A stretch of DNA of 63,377 nucleotides, counting the filler, from Octopus bimaculoides (lineage: Eukaryota), in assembly GCF_001194135.2 (NCBI RefSeq). It is 4 parts of 4 records of this genome, joined end to end, with 100 filler letters (N's around TTAATTAATTAA, not from the genome) between each part and the next. Parts side by side here need not be neighbours in the genome. Positions count along the whole stretch, not along the records: positions 43,121 to 58,118 come from NC_068987.1; positions 58,219 to 63,377 come from NW_026300589.1; 2 more parts are not named here. The stretch is one strand, 5' to 3'. The notes beneath the pieces are model-generated. The model saw only the letters and a list, made by a program, of their open reading frames with translations. It was not told the DNA's origin and searched no databases. Position numbers and translations under genes: made by a program. Numbering within the stretch: the stretch's first letter is position 1; each line of letters begins with the position of its first letter. Below, in pieces: positions 49,237 to 62,392 of the stretch.

Positions 49237-50483
49237 CGTGTGTGTGTGTGTGTGTATGCATATATGTACGTATGAATGTATGTATGTATGTATGTATGAG
49301 AAATTATGATCGCCTCGAGTTTATATCATTTGTTCCTTACGTACATTTCACCATTGGCGTTACTTGCAACTACTGCATTCGATGATCCAAATTGCAACTA
49401 GAAGCTGGACGATAATAGATTGTAGGAACTCAATTACTATACTGGAATCAAACTGGATGATGACGATCAACGTGGAACTCTAAATTCAACAGCAACACTC
49501 GTACATCTAAATGTACACACAGCGTATACTATATAAATTATATATATATGTATAATACACATACACACACATATATATATATATATATGATTAATGAGAG
49601 AAACGGAAGATTGAAGATACGAGAATGTTTATTGATCACTACGTTTCGACCAATCTAGCTATATATATATATATATATATATATNNNNNNNNNNNNNNNN
49701 NNNNNNNNNNNNNNNNNNNNNNNNNNNNNNNNNNNNNNNNNNNNNNNNNNNNNNNNNNNNNNNNNNNNNNNNNNNNNNNNNNNNNNNNNNNNNNNNNNNN
49801 NNNNNNNNNNNNNNNNNNNNNNNNNNNNNNNNNNNNNNNNNNNNNNNNNNNNNNNNNNNNNNNNNNNNNNNNNNNNNNNNNNNNNNNNNNNNNNNNNNNN
49901 NNNNNNNNNNNNNNNNNNNNNNNNNNNNNNNNNNNNNNNNNNNNNNNNNNNNNNNNNNNNNNNNNNNNNNNNNNNNNNNNNNNNNNNNNNNNNNNNNNNN
50001 NNNNNNNNNNNNNNNNNNNNNNNNNNNNNNNNNNNNNNNNNNNNNNNNNNNNNNNNNNNNNNNNNNNNNNNNNNNNNNNNNNNNNNNNNNNNNNNNNNNN
50101 NNNNNNNNNNNNNNNNNNNNNNNNNNNNNNNNNNNNNNNNNNNNNNNNNNNNNNNNNNNNNNNNNNNNNNNNNNNNNNNNNNNNNNNNNNNNNNNNNNNN
50201 NNNNNNNCTTTCCTTCTTACTTTTTCTTTCTTTAGTTTATTTATTTATTCTTCCCTCCTTTCTTTCTTTCTTTCTTTCTTTCATAATTTCTCTTTCTTTC
50301 ATTATTCATTTATATATTTATTCTACTCTTTCTTTCCTTTTTCCCTTCTTTCCTTCGTTCTGCTCTGTTTTCCCATTCATTTCCTCTCACTTTCTTTTTA
50401 TTTTATTTTCTTCTTCCTTCCTATCTCCCGTTCTTTCCTTCATTCATTCTCTCTCTCTTCCCCTTCTCTTTCTTTCTTTCTAC

Positions 50484-50548
<65 letters not shown>

Positions 50549-51829
50549 TTTGCCCTTTCCTTTCTCTCCCTTACTTTCTTCCTTCCTCCCTTCTGTACTT
50601 TCTTCTCTCTTCTTTTTCTTTTACCTTCTTTATTTCTCTTTTTCACTCCCCGTTTTTTTTTTTACTTTTTTCTTCGGTCTTTCATTTTGTTTGTTATTCA
50701 CAATTCATTGTTTCTTTTTATAGCTTTTTTTGTAGTTTTCTTGTTGCTGTAGTTGCTATTGCAGCCATTGTTGTTGTTGTTGCTGTTGTCACTCCAGTTC
50801 CTGTACAGTTTCATATGTCATTCGAATTACTTATATCACAAGAGAGAGAAGTCTTCTTTAATATATTATCCGCTCCACAAGACAACAAGTAAATGCACAA
50901 ATAAATAAATGAAGACAAATAATCACACACACTCACATATATAATTGATATNNNNNNNNNNNNNNNNNNNNNNNNNNNNNNNNNNNNNNNNNNNNNNNNN
51001 NNNNNNNNNNNNNNNNNNNNNNNNNNNNNNNNNNNNNNNNNNNNNNNNNNNNNNNNNNNNNNNNNNNNNNNNNNNNNNNNNNNNNNNNNNNNNNNNNNNN
51101 NNNNNNNNNNNNNNNNNNNNNNNNNNNNNNNNNNNNNNNNNNNNNNNNNNNNNNNNNNNNNNNNNNNNNNNNNNNNNNNNNNNNNNNNNNNNNNNNNNNN
51201 NNNNNNNNNNNNNNNNNNNNNNNNNNNNNNNNNNNNNNNNNNNNNNNNNNNNNNNNNNNNNNNNNNNNNNNNNNNNNNNNNNNNNNNNNNNNNNNNNNNN
51301 NNNNNNNNNNNNNNNNNNNNNNNNNNNNNNNNNNNNNNNNNNNNNNNNNNNNNNNNNNNNNNNNNNNNNNNNNNNNNNNNNNNNNNNNNNNNNNNNNNNN
51401 NNNNNNNNNNNNNNNNNNNNNNNNNNNNNNNNNNNNNNNNNNNNNNNNNNNNNNNNNNNNNNNNNNNNNNNNNNNNNNNNNNNNNNNNNNNNNNNNNNNN
51501 NNNNNNNNNNNNNNNNNNNNNNNNNNNNNNNNNNNNNNNNNNNNNNNNNNNNNNNNNNNNNNNNNNNNNNNNNNNNNNNNNNNNNNNNNNNNNNNNNNNN
51601 NNNNNNNNNNNNNNNNNNNNNNNNNNNNNNNNNNNNNNNNNNNNNNNNNNNNNNNNNNNNNNNNNNNNNNNNNNNNNGTCCATATTATCAAGCCAGTGTA
51701 ATTTAATTTAATTCAGGATACTAGCTTGCTGCGCAGTCCCCACAAGAGAGAAAAACCAAATTAAATCTGCTGAATTTTTCAGTTTGTTTAAGAGCATTTT
51801 AGATCTAATGTAGTGATTTTTTTCTTTTG

Positions 51830-52256
51830 CTTTTTCTGACTAATCAACCTTTCCTCATCATATAAGACTTATATCTGATGTCTTTGTGAATAACATTTCT
51901 GACTGTTTCTTCTGACACCTGGAGATCTTTTGCAATTGGCCTCATGGACTTTCTGGGATCGTAATCAATTGTCTGTTGAACTTGCTGGATAAAATCACGT
52001 GTTCTGATGATTTCAGAGCATTTAGAATGATTTTTATGCTTTGATACTGGCGATACGTTTCCGTCTAGCTCCTTACAAACTTTGTAGACGAAAGAACTGG
52101 TAACTTTTAAAATTACAACAACAGCTTGCCTCTTAATTTCTAGAGTAAACTGAGCGTCTCCCATTATTATTTTCTGAAATAAAGATTATACAGAGTTAAC
52201 AAAAAATGCAGCAATGACCCCAAAAAGATATGTTCTCCAATACCTAACTCACCCTG
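51830..52256 (-). mobile_element. mariner-like (maT/DD37D-like) 5' end with HTH-coding fragment
   Basis: DPRKSMRPIAKDLQVSEETVRNVIHKDIRYKSYMMRKG. Terminus TA|CAGGGTGAG at 52258-52248. Confidence 0.75.
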
Positions 52257-53305
52257 TATATGTGTGTGCGCGTGTGTGCGTGTGCGCGTGTGCGTGTGTG
52301 TGCATGTGTGTGTGTGCATGTGTGTGTGTGCATGTGTGTGTCTGTGCGCGTGTATGTGTGTGACTGTGTGGTAAGAAGCTTGCTTCCCAACCACATGCGT
52401 CAGGGTTCAGTCTCACTGCGTGGCACCTTAGGCAAGTGTCTTCTACTATATCTTCAGGCCAGCCAACTATATCTAAGCAAATGAACTCTAAATACATTAA
52501 ACAACACTATAAAATATTCAGAACACTATTTCAAAATATTATCTCCCATCTCTTTGAGCATGTAAAAGACAAATTTAGGTGGAGAAAAATGGGTAAGAAA
52601 AGATAAGATAAATTTGCCTGTTCAATTCTGTAGGATTGCATTTGCAAAAAGACTCATACACATCAATATCCATCTCTAAACATCAGAAAGATCAGAAATG
52701 CGACAAATATTTGAAATATGTAGGTCAAATGAAAAAAAAAATCATGGAAAAATGGCACATGATATAAAATTAACGAAACTCAACTAAATTTTAAAACTCA
52801 ACATAAAACATTCTCTGTAGATTCTTCACGATCTTCCGGAATGGCTCTCTTCCTGATATATCCACACACCATGCAATTAAAGAGAGGAAATTATTGAAAT
52901 TAGGCACTGCTCATTTTGCCCCACTTTAGACATAATTTGTTTTGAAAATTGAAATTATCAAATGAGACATTAGTGTGGGGAAAAATTGACTAGGAATCTA
53001 ACAGACAAAATAATATTGATTGTTGAGCACCAGATATTTTATTAGCAGCCTAGATTACAATTGGATCTAAGATGAGGAAAAATTTCTTGAAAAACAAAAG
53101 TACCTGTCACCTGACTATGTTTCAAATCCTCAACTTCAACAACAACGGTGCTGACCAATTTTAACTCCAAAAGATGATGCAATATTACAAGATGATGATG
53201 CAATACTTGTAATGTAATGATTTCAAACATGCAGGGAGAAAATAACGAGAAATCGGAAATTATGATTTTGCCGCAGTTACCAATTTTGTCTCCTCACGCC
53301 TCTCT

Positions 53306-53345
<40 letters not shown>

Positions 53346-54628
53346 CACACAAATACACACACACACACACACACAANNNNNNNNNNNNNNNNNNNNNNNN
53401 NNNNNNNNNNNNNNNNNNNNNNNNNNNNNNNNNNNNNNNNNNNNNNNNNNNNNNNNNNNNNNNNNNNNNNNNNNNNNNNNNNNNNNNNNNNNNNNNNNNN
53501 NNNNNNNNNNNNNNNNNNNNNNNNNNNNNNNNNNNNNNNNNNNNNNNNNNNNNNNNNNNNNNNNNNNNNNNNNNNNNNNNNNNNNNNNNNNNNNNNNNNN
53601 NNNNNNNNNNNNNNNNNNNNNNNNNNNNNNNNNNNNNNNNNNNNNNNNNNNNNNNNNNNNNNNNNNNNNNNNNNNNNNNNNNNNNNNNNNNNNNNNNNNN
53701 NNNNNNNNNNNNNNNNNNNNNNNNNNNNNNNNNNNNNNNNNNNNNNNNNNNNNNNNNNNNNNNNNNNNNNNNNNNNNNNNNNNNNNNNNNNNNNNNNNNN
53801 NNNNNNNNNNNNNNNNNNNNNNNNNNNNNNNNNNNNNNNNNNNNNNNNNNNNNNNNNNNNNNNNNNNNNNNNNNNNNNNNNNNNNNNNNNNNNNNNNNNN
53901 NNNNNNNNNNNNNNNNNNNNNNNNNNNNNNNNNNNNNNNNNNNNNNNNNNNNNNNNNNNNNNNNNNNNNNNNNNNNNNNTATGTGCTGAGTTCAAATGCG
54001 ACCGTAGCAGACTTTGCCTTGCGTCCCTTCGAAGTCTATAAAATAATGTACCAGTTAAGATCTGAGATCAAAAATATCAACTAATCTTTCCCTACAAAAT
54101 TCCTGGTCCTTTGCCAAATTTTGAAACCGTTAAGGACGATGAGCGGGCAAAATGGTGTGTGTCAGAAAAATATGTTTTGCGATATTTGTTCTGGCTCTTT
54201 ACATTCTGTGTTCAACTTCTGCTGGGGTCAACCTTGCGTTTCATTCTTTCGTGGGATCAACTGAATATAGTACCAAGGACCGGGGCTGATTTAATTGACT
54301 AATACCGTCCCCCACAAAACTGCTGGCCTTGTGCTTCAATCAGAAACTAATATCGTTGTCGTTGATGTTGTAGTGATTGTGGATAACAAGCAGTTTATCA
54401 ACTGGTACTTATTTTATCGACCCCGAGATGATGAAAGGCAAAATTTGCCTCGGCATAATTTGAAGTCAGAACGTAACGATGGACGAAATACCGCTAAGCA
54501 CTTCGCCCAGCGTGCTATAACTATTCTGCCAGCCTATCACATTTCGGCTTATAATATTACATTTGAATTTGTTTTGTTTTTAAAGTCAATATAGATGCAG
54601 GCGTGGCTCTGTTTTTAAAGTCAATATA

Positions 54629-55197
54629 GGTGCAGGCGTGACTGTAAGTTAAAAACCTTGCTACCTAACCACATGGTTCCAGGTTCAGTCACTGCACGGT
54701 ACTTTGCGCAAGTGTCTTCTACTATAGCCTCGGGCCGACCAAAACCTCGTGAGTGGATTTGGTAGATAGAAACTGAAAGAAGCCTGTCGTATATATGTAT
54801 ATATACATACATATNNNNNNNNNNNNNNNNNNNNNNNNNNNNNNNNNNNNNNNNNNNNNNNNNNNNNNNNNNNNNNNNNNNNNNNNNNNNNNNNNNNNNN
54901 NNNNNNNNNNNNNNNNNNNNNNNNNNNNNNNNNNNNNNNNNNNNNNNNNNNNNNNNNNNNNNNNNNNNNNNNNNATATGTATGTGTATATGTCTTTGTGT
55001 TTGTCCCTCCCACCACCGCTTGACAACTGGTACTGGTACGCTTATGTCCCTGTAACTTAACGGTTCGGCAAAATAGACCGATAGAATAAGTACTAGGCTT
55101 TAAGAAATCCTGAGGTCGATTTGTTCAGCTAAAACCTTTCAGTGCGGTGCTCCAGCATTGCCGCAGTCAAAATAAGTGAAACAAAAAGAATAAAAGA
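54629..55197 (+). mobile_element. Family A SINE (gapped)
   Basis: Same blocks as 45942-46343. Confidence 0.8.
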
Positions 55198-55799
55198 ACT
55201 GAAATAACAGACAAAAATTCGAAAACGGAGAAAAAGAAGAGTTCTACAGTTGCACATATCAACTCCGCCTCTCCTTCCCCCCTTTTCTGCCCAGTACCCA
55301 TATCAAATTTTCCACAGCCCTCCAGGGCTTGAGAAGCACTGCTCTACCCAGTCACGTGGCATGCTAAAAATAGCAATCTAAGCTCCACTCACAATATTGG
55401 CTTACAACAACAAAAGAAAAAATAGAGAGAAACTAAAAATATAACATTATACTGGCTAATTTAATGTTTACAAAGGTGGGGTACACAGTGGTTGAAAATC
55501 TAAAAGGGTGGTCACTAACGGAATATTTTTGATCTCAATTTGATCGCTAGGTTGAGCCTGGATTAAACAGCTACAAATACAATGTTTTTTTCTCTCTTCT
55601 ACCCTTTACTTGTTTCACTCATTAGACTGCGGCCATGTTGGGGCTCAGTCAAACAAGTCAACGCCAGGACTTAGTTTTTAAACCTGGTACTTATTACGTC
55701 GGTCAGTTTTGCCGCACCGCTATAATAACCCAGGCATATTTTCCAGCAGTAGTGGCGGGGGACAAACATAACGCAAACAAACACAGATTTATACATATA

Positions 55800-55990
55800 T
55801 ATCTTTTGACCATGTAGCAGTCCACGTGCTTTTCTTCTCACTTTTCATTTCTTCCTCCTTTTCCTTCTCTCTGGCCTTCCACAATCTGATGAAGAGCAGT
55901 TCTTGAAACAGCATGTTTCTACTTTTAACTTCCCATCTGAACTTTCACCGAGCGTTAGACTAATCTATTCACTGTGTATGTTCATTTGAC
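55800..55990 (+). mobile_element. Possible Penelope-like terminal repeat remnant with degenerate hammerhead
   Basis: CT-rich tract, then CTGATGA-AGAGCAGTTCTT-GAAAC at 55886-55909. Stems are poorly paired. Confidence 0.35.
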
Positions 55991-58261
55991 TTTTGTTGTT
56001 CTTGTTTTTGTTTGTGCTCAATGATTAGAAAAAGAAAAATATTGAACGGTGACATGGATTCTCTTCGATTATAGATCTGCTCAATCCAGGCTGACCTGGG
56101 GTTAAACAACAACAACAACACCGACAATAACAAGAACGGTTTTTATTTAACTTCAAAAATCAAACACAATATTATTACAAGTTAATATTTGTTTTTCTGG
56201 CTCTACTCTCTCTTTCTAAAATATAGATCAGTTTGTATAAACGCCATATGGAAAATAATAGCTTATATTTCATTCGCCTTTATTATGAAATACGCCATAT
56301 TGGTCCTTGTTTACCATTTATCATATTCCTTGTTAAGTTTCAACAAACTGCCTTGTCAAAACGAGGTTTTATTTTCAGTTGAAATATAGTTTTTATAACA
56401 TCTGCGTTTGATTATTTCGCAAGAGAACCATTTCCAAGGATCGTATTTTTCAGAATATGTCAACTGGCTATTACTTTCTATTGTTTATGATTCTCTTTCT
56501 TCCTCTCTTTCTTTCTTTTTTTCTTTTTTCCTTAAAAAAATTTTTTTTTTGATTCTATACAACTAGGAAGTTATGTGTCAAGTAATAAAATAAGTTCTCA
56601 GGGAGCGGATGCCGCAAGCCCATTTCGATTCCCTTCACGGTGCGATTAACAACTTTGAGCAAATATCTTCTACCATATATTCAAATAGGAAGTTACGAGA
56701 TTCTACTAGCTCATATGTGGTAAGCTTATTTATCACGCCCCCCCCCCACACACAACAACTCTTGGTCCATCGATGGCTTTAGTAGGGGCTGCTTTGTTGT
56801 AAAGCATTTGGGGTAAGATCTATATTTTGAGGATGTCTCTCCATAACCCTTCGGTCACAGGATCCCTGAAAAAGTTCATAGGTCCCACCCTTTTCCTTTT
56901 GGCCATAAAAATGATTTTGAAAGACATACTTGTTTTGAGCCAATGAAGGAGCCTCTNNNNNNNNNNNNNNNNNNNNNNNNNNNNNNNNNNNNNNNNNNNN
57001 NNNNNNNNNNNNNNNNNNNNNNNNNNNNNNNNNNNNNNNNNNNNNNNNNNNNNNNNNNNNNNNNNNNNNNNNNNNNNNNNNNNNNNNNNNNNNNNNNNNN
57101 NNNNNNNNNNNNNNNNNNNNNNNNNNNNNNNNNNNNNNNNNNNNNNNNNNNNNNNNNNNNNNNNNNNNNNNNNNNNNNNNNNNNNNNNNNNNNNNNNNNN
57201 NNNNNNNNNNNNNNNNNNNNNNNNNNNNNNNNNNNNNNNNNNNNNNNNNNNNNNNNNNNNNNNNNNNNNNNNNNNNNNNNNNNNNNNNNNNNNNNNNNNN
57301 NNNNNNNNNNNNNNNNNNNNACCAGCGGCAGCAGTAGTTGCAGTAGCTGTGGCAGCGGTAGCAGCCGCAGCAGTAGCAACTACAACCACGACGGTAACAG
57401 GAATTTAGTTTGGAGTACAAGAAGGAAAAAAAGAAAGAAAGGAAGGAAGAAAGAGGCTTCGGTCGGCCCGAGGTTATAGTAGAAGACACTTACCCAAAGT
57501 GCCACGCAGTGGCAAGCTTCTTACCACACAACCACACCTGCAATAGAATAAGTACCAGAGTGCAACAACCTTATTATTAAGCCGCGTGCCTCTGAGATCA
57601 AGTCTCACCGACGCCAACTTTGTCATTTGTTCTTCCAGTGGTCGATAAAATCAAATGCTAGTCGAGAACTGAGGTCGATGATATTGACTAAACCCAGCCT
57701 TGTGCCTAAATTAGAAACACTCAAGCGCGCGCGCGGACACACAGAATCCTAGATGTGATTGTGGGGCTAACAAGTAGCTTCAGGGATGGGGTAAGTCGAT
57801 TACATCGACCCCAGTGTTAAACTGATTGCTTCTTTTATCGACCCTGAAATGTTGAAAGACAAAGTCTGCCTCGGCGGAATTTGAACTCAGAACGTAAAGA
57901 CGAACGAAATGCCGCTGAGCATTTTGCCCATCGTGATAACGATTCTGCCGGTCCACTGCCTTGGATGGCCATGGTTGGAATACCCGTGGTCTTCGATGTG
58001 TTCAATCACACTAAGCAGTAGCGGCACGACCACCACCACTACTAACAGCAAAAACATTAATCAATTATTCATTAACAGTTCGAGAATGATCCGAGATCAT
58101 AGTCCAATTTTTTAAAACNNNNNNNNNNNNNNNNNNNNNNNNNNNNNNNNNNNNNNNNNNNNTTAATTAATTAANNNNNNNNNNNNNNNNNNNNNNNNNN
58201 NNNNNNNNNNNNNNNNNNCAACACGAAATACCTCGAGTCTTTGGTCCTCACGGCGCAGAAC

Positions 58262-58492
58262 ATTGGCGTATATGTGTGTATATGTTTGTGTGTCTGTGTT
58301 TGTCCCCTCCAACATCGCTAGACAACCGATGCTGGTGTGTTTACGTCCCCCATAACTTAGCGATTCGGCTAAATAGACCGATAGAATAAGTACTAGGCTT
58401 ACAAAGAATAAGTCCTAAGGTCGATTAGCTCAACTAAAAGGCGTTGCTCCAGCATGGCCACAGTCAAATGACTGAAACAAGTAAAAAAGAGT
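58262..58492 (+). mobile_element. Family A SINE, 3' half
   Basis: GACAACCGATGCTGGTGTGTTTACGTCCCC...GACTGAAACAAGTAAAA. Confidence 0.8.
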
Positions 58493-58499
58493 ATGTGTG

Positions 58500-58548
<49 letters not shown>

Positions 58549-58560
58549 NNNNNNNNNNTG

Positions 58561-58622
<62 letters not shown>

Positions 58623-60031
58623 AGTGGAGGCGCAATGGCCCAGTGGTTAGGGCAGCGGACTCGCGGTCATAAGATAGCGGTTTCGACTCCCAGTGGCTCT
58701 GGCATGGGGATGGTGGCGAACCCTGCTGTACTCTCCACAACTTTCTCTCACATGTGCTCAGCCACTCCCACGTTAATTTCACGAGCAGGCTTTTCTGGAT
58801 CATATATATATATATATATATATATGTTAAATATATATGTGTGTGTTCTTAATATTTTTTCAGAGCAAGTTGTTTTACATCTATTACACTATTTTACTTT
58901 TGTTTCCTGGCTCCAGTGAACATTCTTGTCTCGGAACATTCACATTTTACACCTATTAGACTTTTTTTTTTTTTGAGCCCGGGTCAAACGCTTTAGTTTA
59001 ACCAAAATTTGTAATGAATCTACTCACTTTTCGGAGTAATTTCCCGCAGTAATATAACAAAATGAGGGAGGNNNNNNNNNNNNNNNNNNNNNNNNNNNNN
59101 NNNNNNNNNNNNNNNNNNNNNNNNNNNNNNNNNNNNNNNNNNNNNNNNNNNNNNNNNNNNNNNNNNNNNNNNNNNNNNNNNNNNNNNNNNNNNNNNNNNN
59201 NNNNNNNNNNNNNNNNNNNNNNNNNNNNNNNNNNNNNNNNNNNNNNNNNNNNNNNNNNNNNNNNNNNNNNNNNNNNNNNNNNNNNNNNNNNNNNNNNNNN
59301 NNNNNNNNNNNNNNNNNNNNNNNNNNNNNNNNNNNNNNNNNNNNNNNNNNNNNNNNNNNNNNNNNNNNNNNNNNNNNNNNNNNNNNNNNNNNNNNNNNNN
59401 NNNNNNNNNNNNNNNNNNNNNNNNNNNNNNNNNNNNNNNNNNNNNNNNNNNNNNNNNNNNNNNNNNNNNNNNNNNNNNNNNNNNNNNNNNNNNNNNNNNN
59501 NNNNNNNNNNNNNNNNNNNNNNNNNNNNNNNNNNNNNNNNNNNNNNNNNNNNNNNNNNNNNNNNNNNNNNNNNNNNNNNNNNNNNNNNNNNNNNNNNNNN
59601 NNNNNNNNNNNNNNNNNNNNNNNNNNNNNNNNNNNNNNNNNNNNNNNNNNNNNNNNNNNNNNNNNNNNNNNNNNNNNNNNNNNNNNNNNNNNNNNNNNNN
59701 NNNNNNNNNNNNNNNNNNNNNNNNNNNNNNNNNNNNNNNNNNNNNNNNNNNNNNNNNNNNNNNNNNNNNNNNNNNNNNNNNNNNNNNNNNNNNNNNNNNN
59801 NNNNNNNNNNNNNNNNNNNNNNNNNNNNNNNNNNNNNNNNNNNNNNNNNNNNNNNNNNNNNNNNNNNNNNNNNNNNNNNNNNNNNNNNNNNNNNNNNNNN
59901 NNNNNNNNNNNNNNNNNNNNNNNNNNNNNNNNNNNNNNNNNNNNNNNNNNNNNNNNNTGTAAACTAAAAACAAAAATAAAAATAACAAAACTTGCAGACA
60001 TCTTAAACATATTTACTCTATTGTTTTATAA

Positions 60032-60285
60032 GGTAATCTTCAAGTTTAGGGGGGTAAAAAAAGTAAATAAAAATATTCAAGGGAAATAACTGAACGACTT
60101 ACCAGTATAATCCGTTTTCTTCTAGCTGTTTATAAATAAATCACACCCTAACCCTAACGTCAATCAAATCACGTGTGTGATTTATTTATAAACAGAGATG
60201 TACGGAGAATACTGGTAAGACGTTCAGTTACTTCCCTTGAATATTTTTATTTATTTTTTTTATCCCCCTAAACTTGAAGATTACC
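60032..60285. mobile_element. Palindromic GGTAA-ended MITE (Merlin- or Mutator-like) with perfect 9-bp TSD
   Basis: About 110-bp arms GGTAATCTTCAAGTTTAGGGG... / ...CCCCTAAACTTGAAGATTACC. TSD GTTTTATAA at 60023-60031 and 60286-60294. CCCTAACCCTAAC lies in the loop. Confidence 0.9.
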
Positions 60286-60507
60286 GTTTTATAATTATTC
60301 ATATCGTATATCACAACATCATAAAATGGGCGAGTGCACACCACCTAACCCTAACAATTGTGCACAGTAGAAAAATCTGATTAAAAACAAGAATTTGCAA
60401 ACGATATTGTCGGGTTCCTCGTATCATTAATAACTGACTGGTAAAAGTAAATTACGCCCCCTTCTATCGTTCGACATGTTTGATATTCGAGAGTGCCCGT
60501 TTTCCGT

Positions 60508-60871
60508 TTACTCTTTTAATTGTTTCAGTCATTTGACTGTGGCCATGCTGGAGCATCGCCTTTAGTCGAGCAAATCGACCCCAGGGCTTATTATTTGGAA
60601 GCCTAGTACTTATTCTATCACTATCTTTTGCCGAACCGCTAATTTACGGGGACGTAAACACACCAGGGGGGGGGGAGACAAACACAGACACACAAACATA
60701 TATATATATATATATACATATATACGCCGGGTTTCTTTCAGTTTCCGTCTACCAAATCCACTCACAAGGCTTTGATCGGCCCGAGGCTATAGTAGAAGAC
60801 ACGTGCCCAAGGTGCCACGCAGTGGGACTGAACCCGGAACCATGTGGTTGGTAAACAAACTACTTACCACA
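60508..60871 (-). mobile_element. Family A SINE
   Basis: Near-identical to 45942-46343. Shorter fragments also at about 1503, 31670, 52358, 55606 and 57458. Confidence 0.85.
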
Positions 60872-61388
60872 NNNNNNNNNNNNNNNNNNNNNNNNNNNNN
60901 NNNNNNNNNNNNNNNNNNNNNNNNNNNNNNNNNNNNNNNNNNNNNNNNNNNNNNNNNNNNNNNNNNNNNNNNNNNNNNNNNNNNNNNNNNNNNNNNNNNN
61001 NNNNNNNNNNNNNNNNNNNNNNNNNNNNNNNNNNNNNNNNNNNNNNNNNNNNNNNNNNNNNNNNNNNNNNNNNNNNNNNNNNNNNNNNNNNNNNNNNNNN
61101 NNNNNNNNNNNNNNNNNNNNNNNNNNNNNNNNNNNNNNNNNNNNNNNNNNNNNNNNNNNNNNNNNNNNNNNNNNNNNNNNNNNNNNNNNNNNNNNNNNNN
61201 NNNNNNNNNNNNNNNNNNNNNNNNNNNNNNNNNNNNNNNNNNNNNNNNNNNNNNNNNNNNNNNNNNNNNNNNNNNNNNNNNNNNNNNNNNNNNNNNNNNN
61301 NNNNNNNNNNNNNNNNNNNNNNNNNNNNNNNNNNNNNNNNNNNNNNNNNNNNNNNNNNNNNNNNNNNNNNNNNNNNNNNNNNNNNNNC

Positions 61389-61625
61389 AGTATTTCTCCG
61401 ACGTTTTTGAAACATCATTACATAGTTTACATTCTGAAAAACATTTGTGAAAAATATCATCCATAAGTTACGAGAAAAGGGGAAAATAACAATTTTGTTA
61501 AAGGTTATAAATATAATCGTAATGTATAACCTCGAAAATGTATTGCTGCCAAATTTCATTTGAAAAAATATGCATTTTTCAGGAAGTAATGAGAAAACCA
61601 AAGTCGGGGTATAAGCTCCGGCTAG
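61389..61625 (+). mobile_element. Possible Helitron 3' end
   Basis: GC hairpin CGGGG-TATAAG-CTCCG immediately followed by GCTAG|T. Confidence 0.4.
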
Positions 61626-62108
61626 TCAGTAGCCAAAGAATCAACTCAAACCAGCAGTAACGTTCCTTGTCAGTTCTACTTTCAATTCTGACAGCTAATA
61701 CCATGACAGTGCCATATATTTTGCTTTTTTTCCCCCTAGACCCTTTATATAAGTCTTATTTAGTTTCACCTCTAGATCTAAGGTATTGTGCCTACGAGAG
61801 AACATCAGATACAAATAAACACAAGAGAAATTAGAACCAAAACAAAAAAAAAACTCAGTCAAAAATTGATTTCTTGCATAAACACCAGACAAACAAAACT
61901 GGGGAAATTATATAATCATATCGACCTCGTCAGTATTTAAGCGGTACGTATTTTGACAACTTCGCCAGAACTCAGTACGCAAAGAAACATAAACAAGGCA
62001 TAACATTTTGTTTAATCTCTTACACTTTAGTCATCCTCAGCTCTATAATCATTTATTTAAACAAGTTAATCTTTCATTATCCAATTTAGAATATCAAAAG
62101 TTCCTCAC

Positions 62109-62392
62109 TTGTTTTTCTTCGATCCTTCCATTATAGGTTGCACGTCAAACTTGGAATCAACTAAGGGTTCTTTAGAAATTGCTTTGGTATTTTCTGGACC
62201 AGTGTACTGTTTGATTTCATGAAGAATGTTTTTTTGATTTATGTAAATATTTCCTGGTGATTTACCTTCTTGAAGGAAGTTTTCGTGTATCAATTTTCGC
62301 AAAGAATAATAGAAAATAATTGCCAGGAGCAACACAAAGATAGTGGCCTTGATCATATTTGTTCTTACATGGGATAGTTGTTTATAACACAT
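62109..62392 (-). CDS. Candidate first coding exon of a type II (signal-anchor) membrane protein
   Basis: MCYKQLSHVRTNMIKATIFVLLLAIIFYYSLRK... has a short tail, a hydrophobic helix and a polar stem. The ORF ends at a donor-like AA|GTGAGG. No family motif recognised. Confidence 0.45.

Noticed and set aside
56760-56957. Minus-strand ORF-like segment (KIIFMAK...FFRDPVTEG) reminiscent of sulfotransferase motifs
   Set aside because: The resemblance is short, there is an in-frame stop soon after, no clear donor, and the 5' end is in a gap.
60326-60505. Small element with CCTAACCCTAAC and weak terminal inverted repeats
   Set aside because: Only about 8/9 bp of terminal symmetry and no TSD.
3325-61601. 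Many long ORFs in the track
   Set aside because: They are made of N-runs or microsatellite translations (poly-I, HT, YI, CV repeats).
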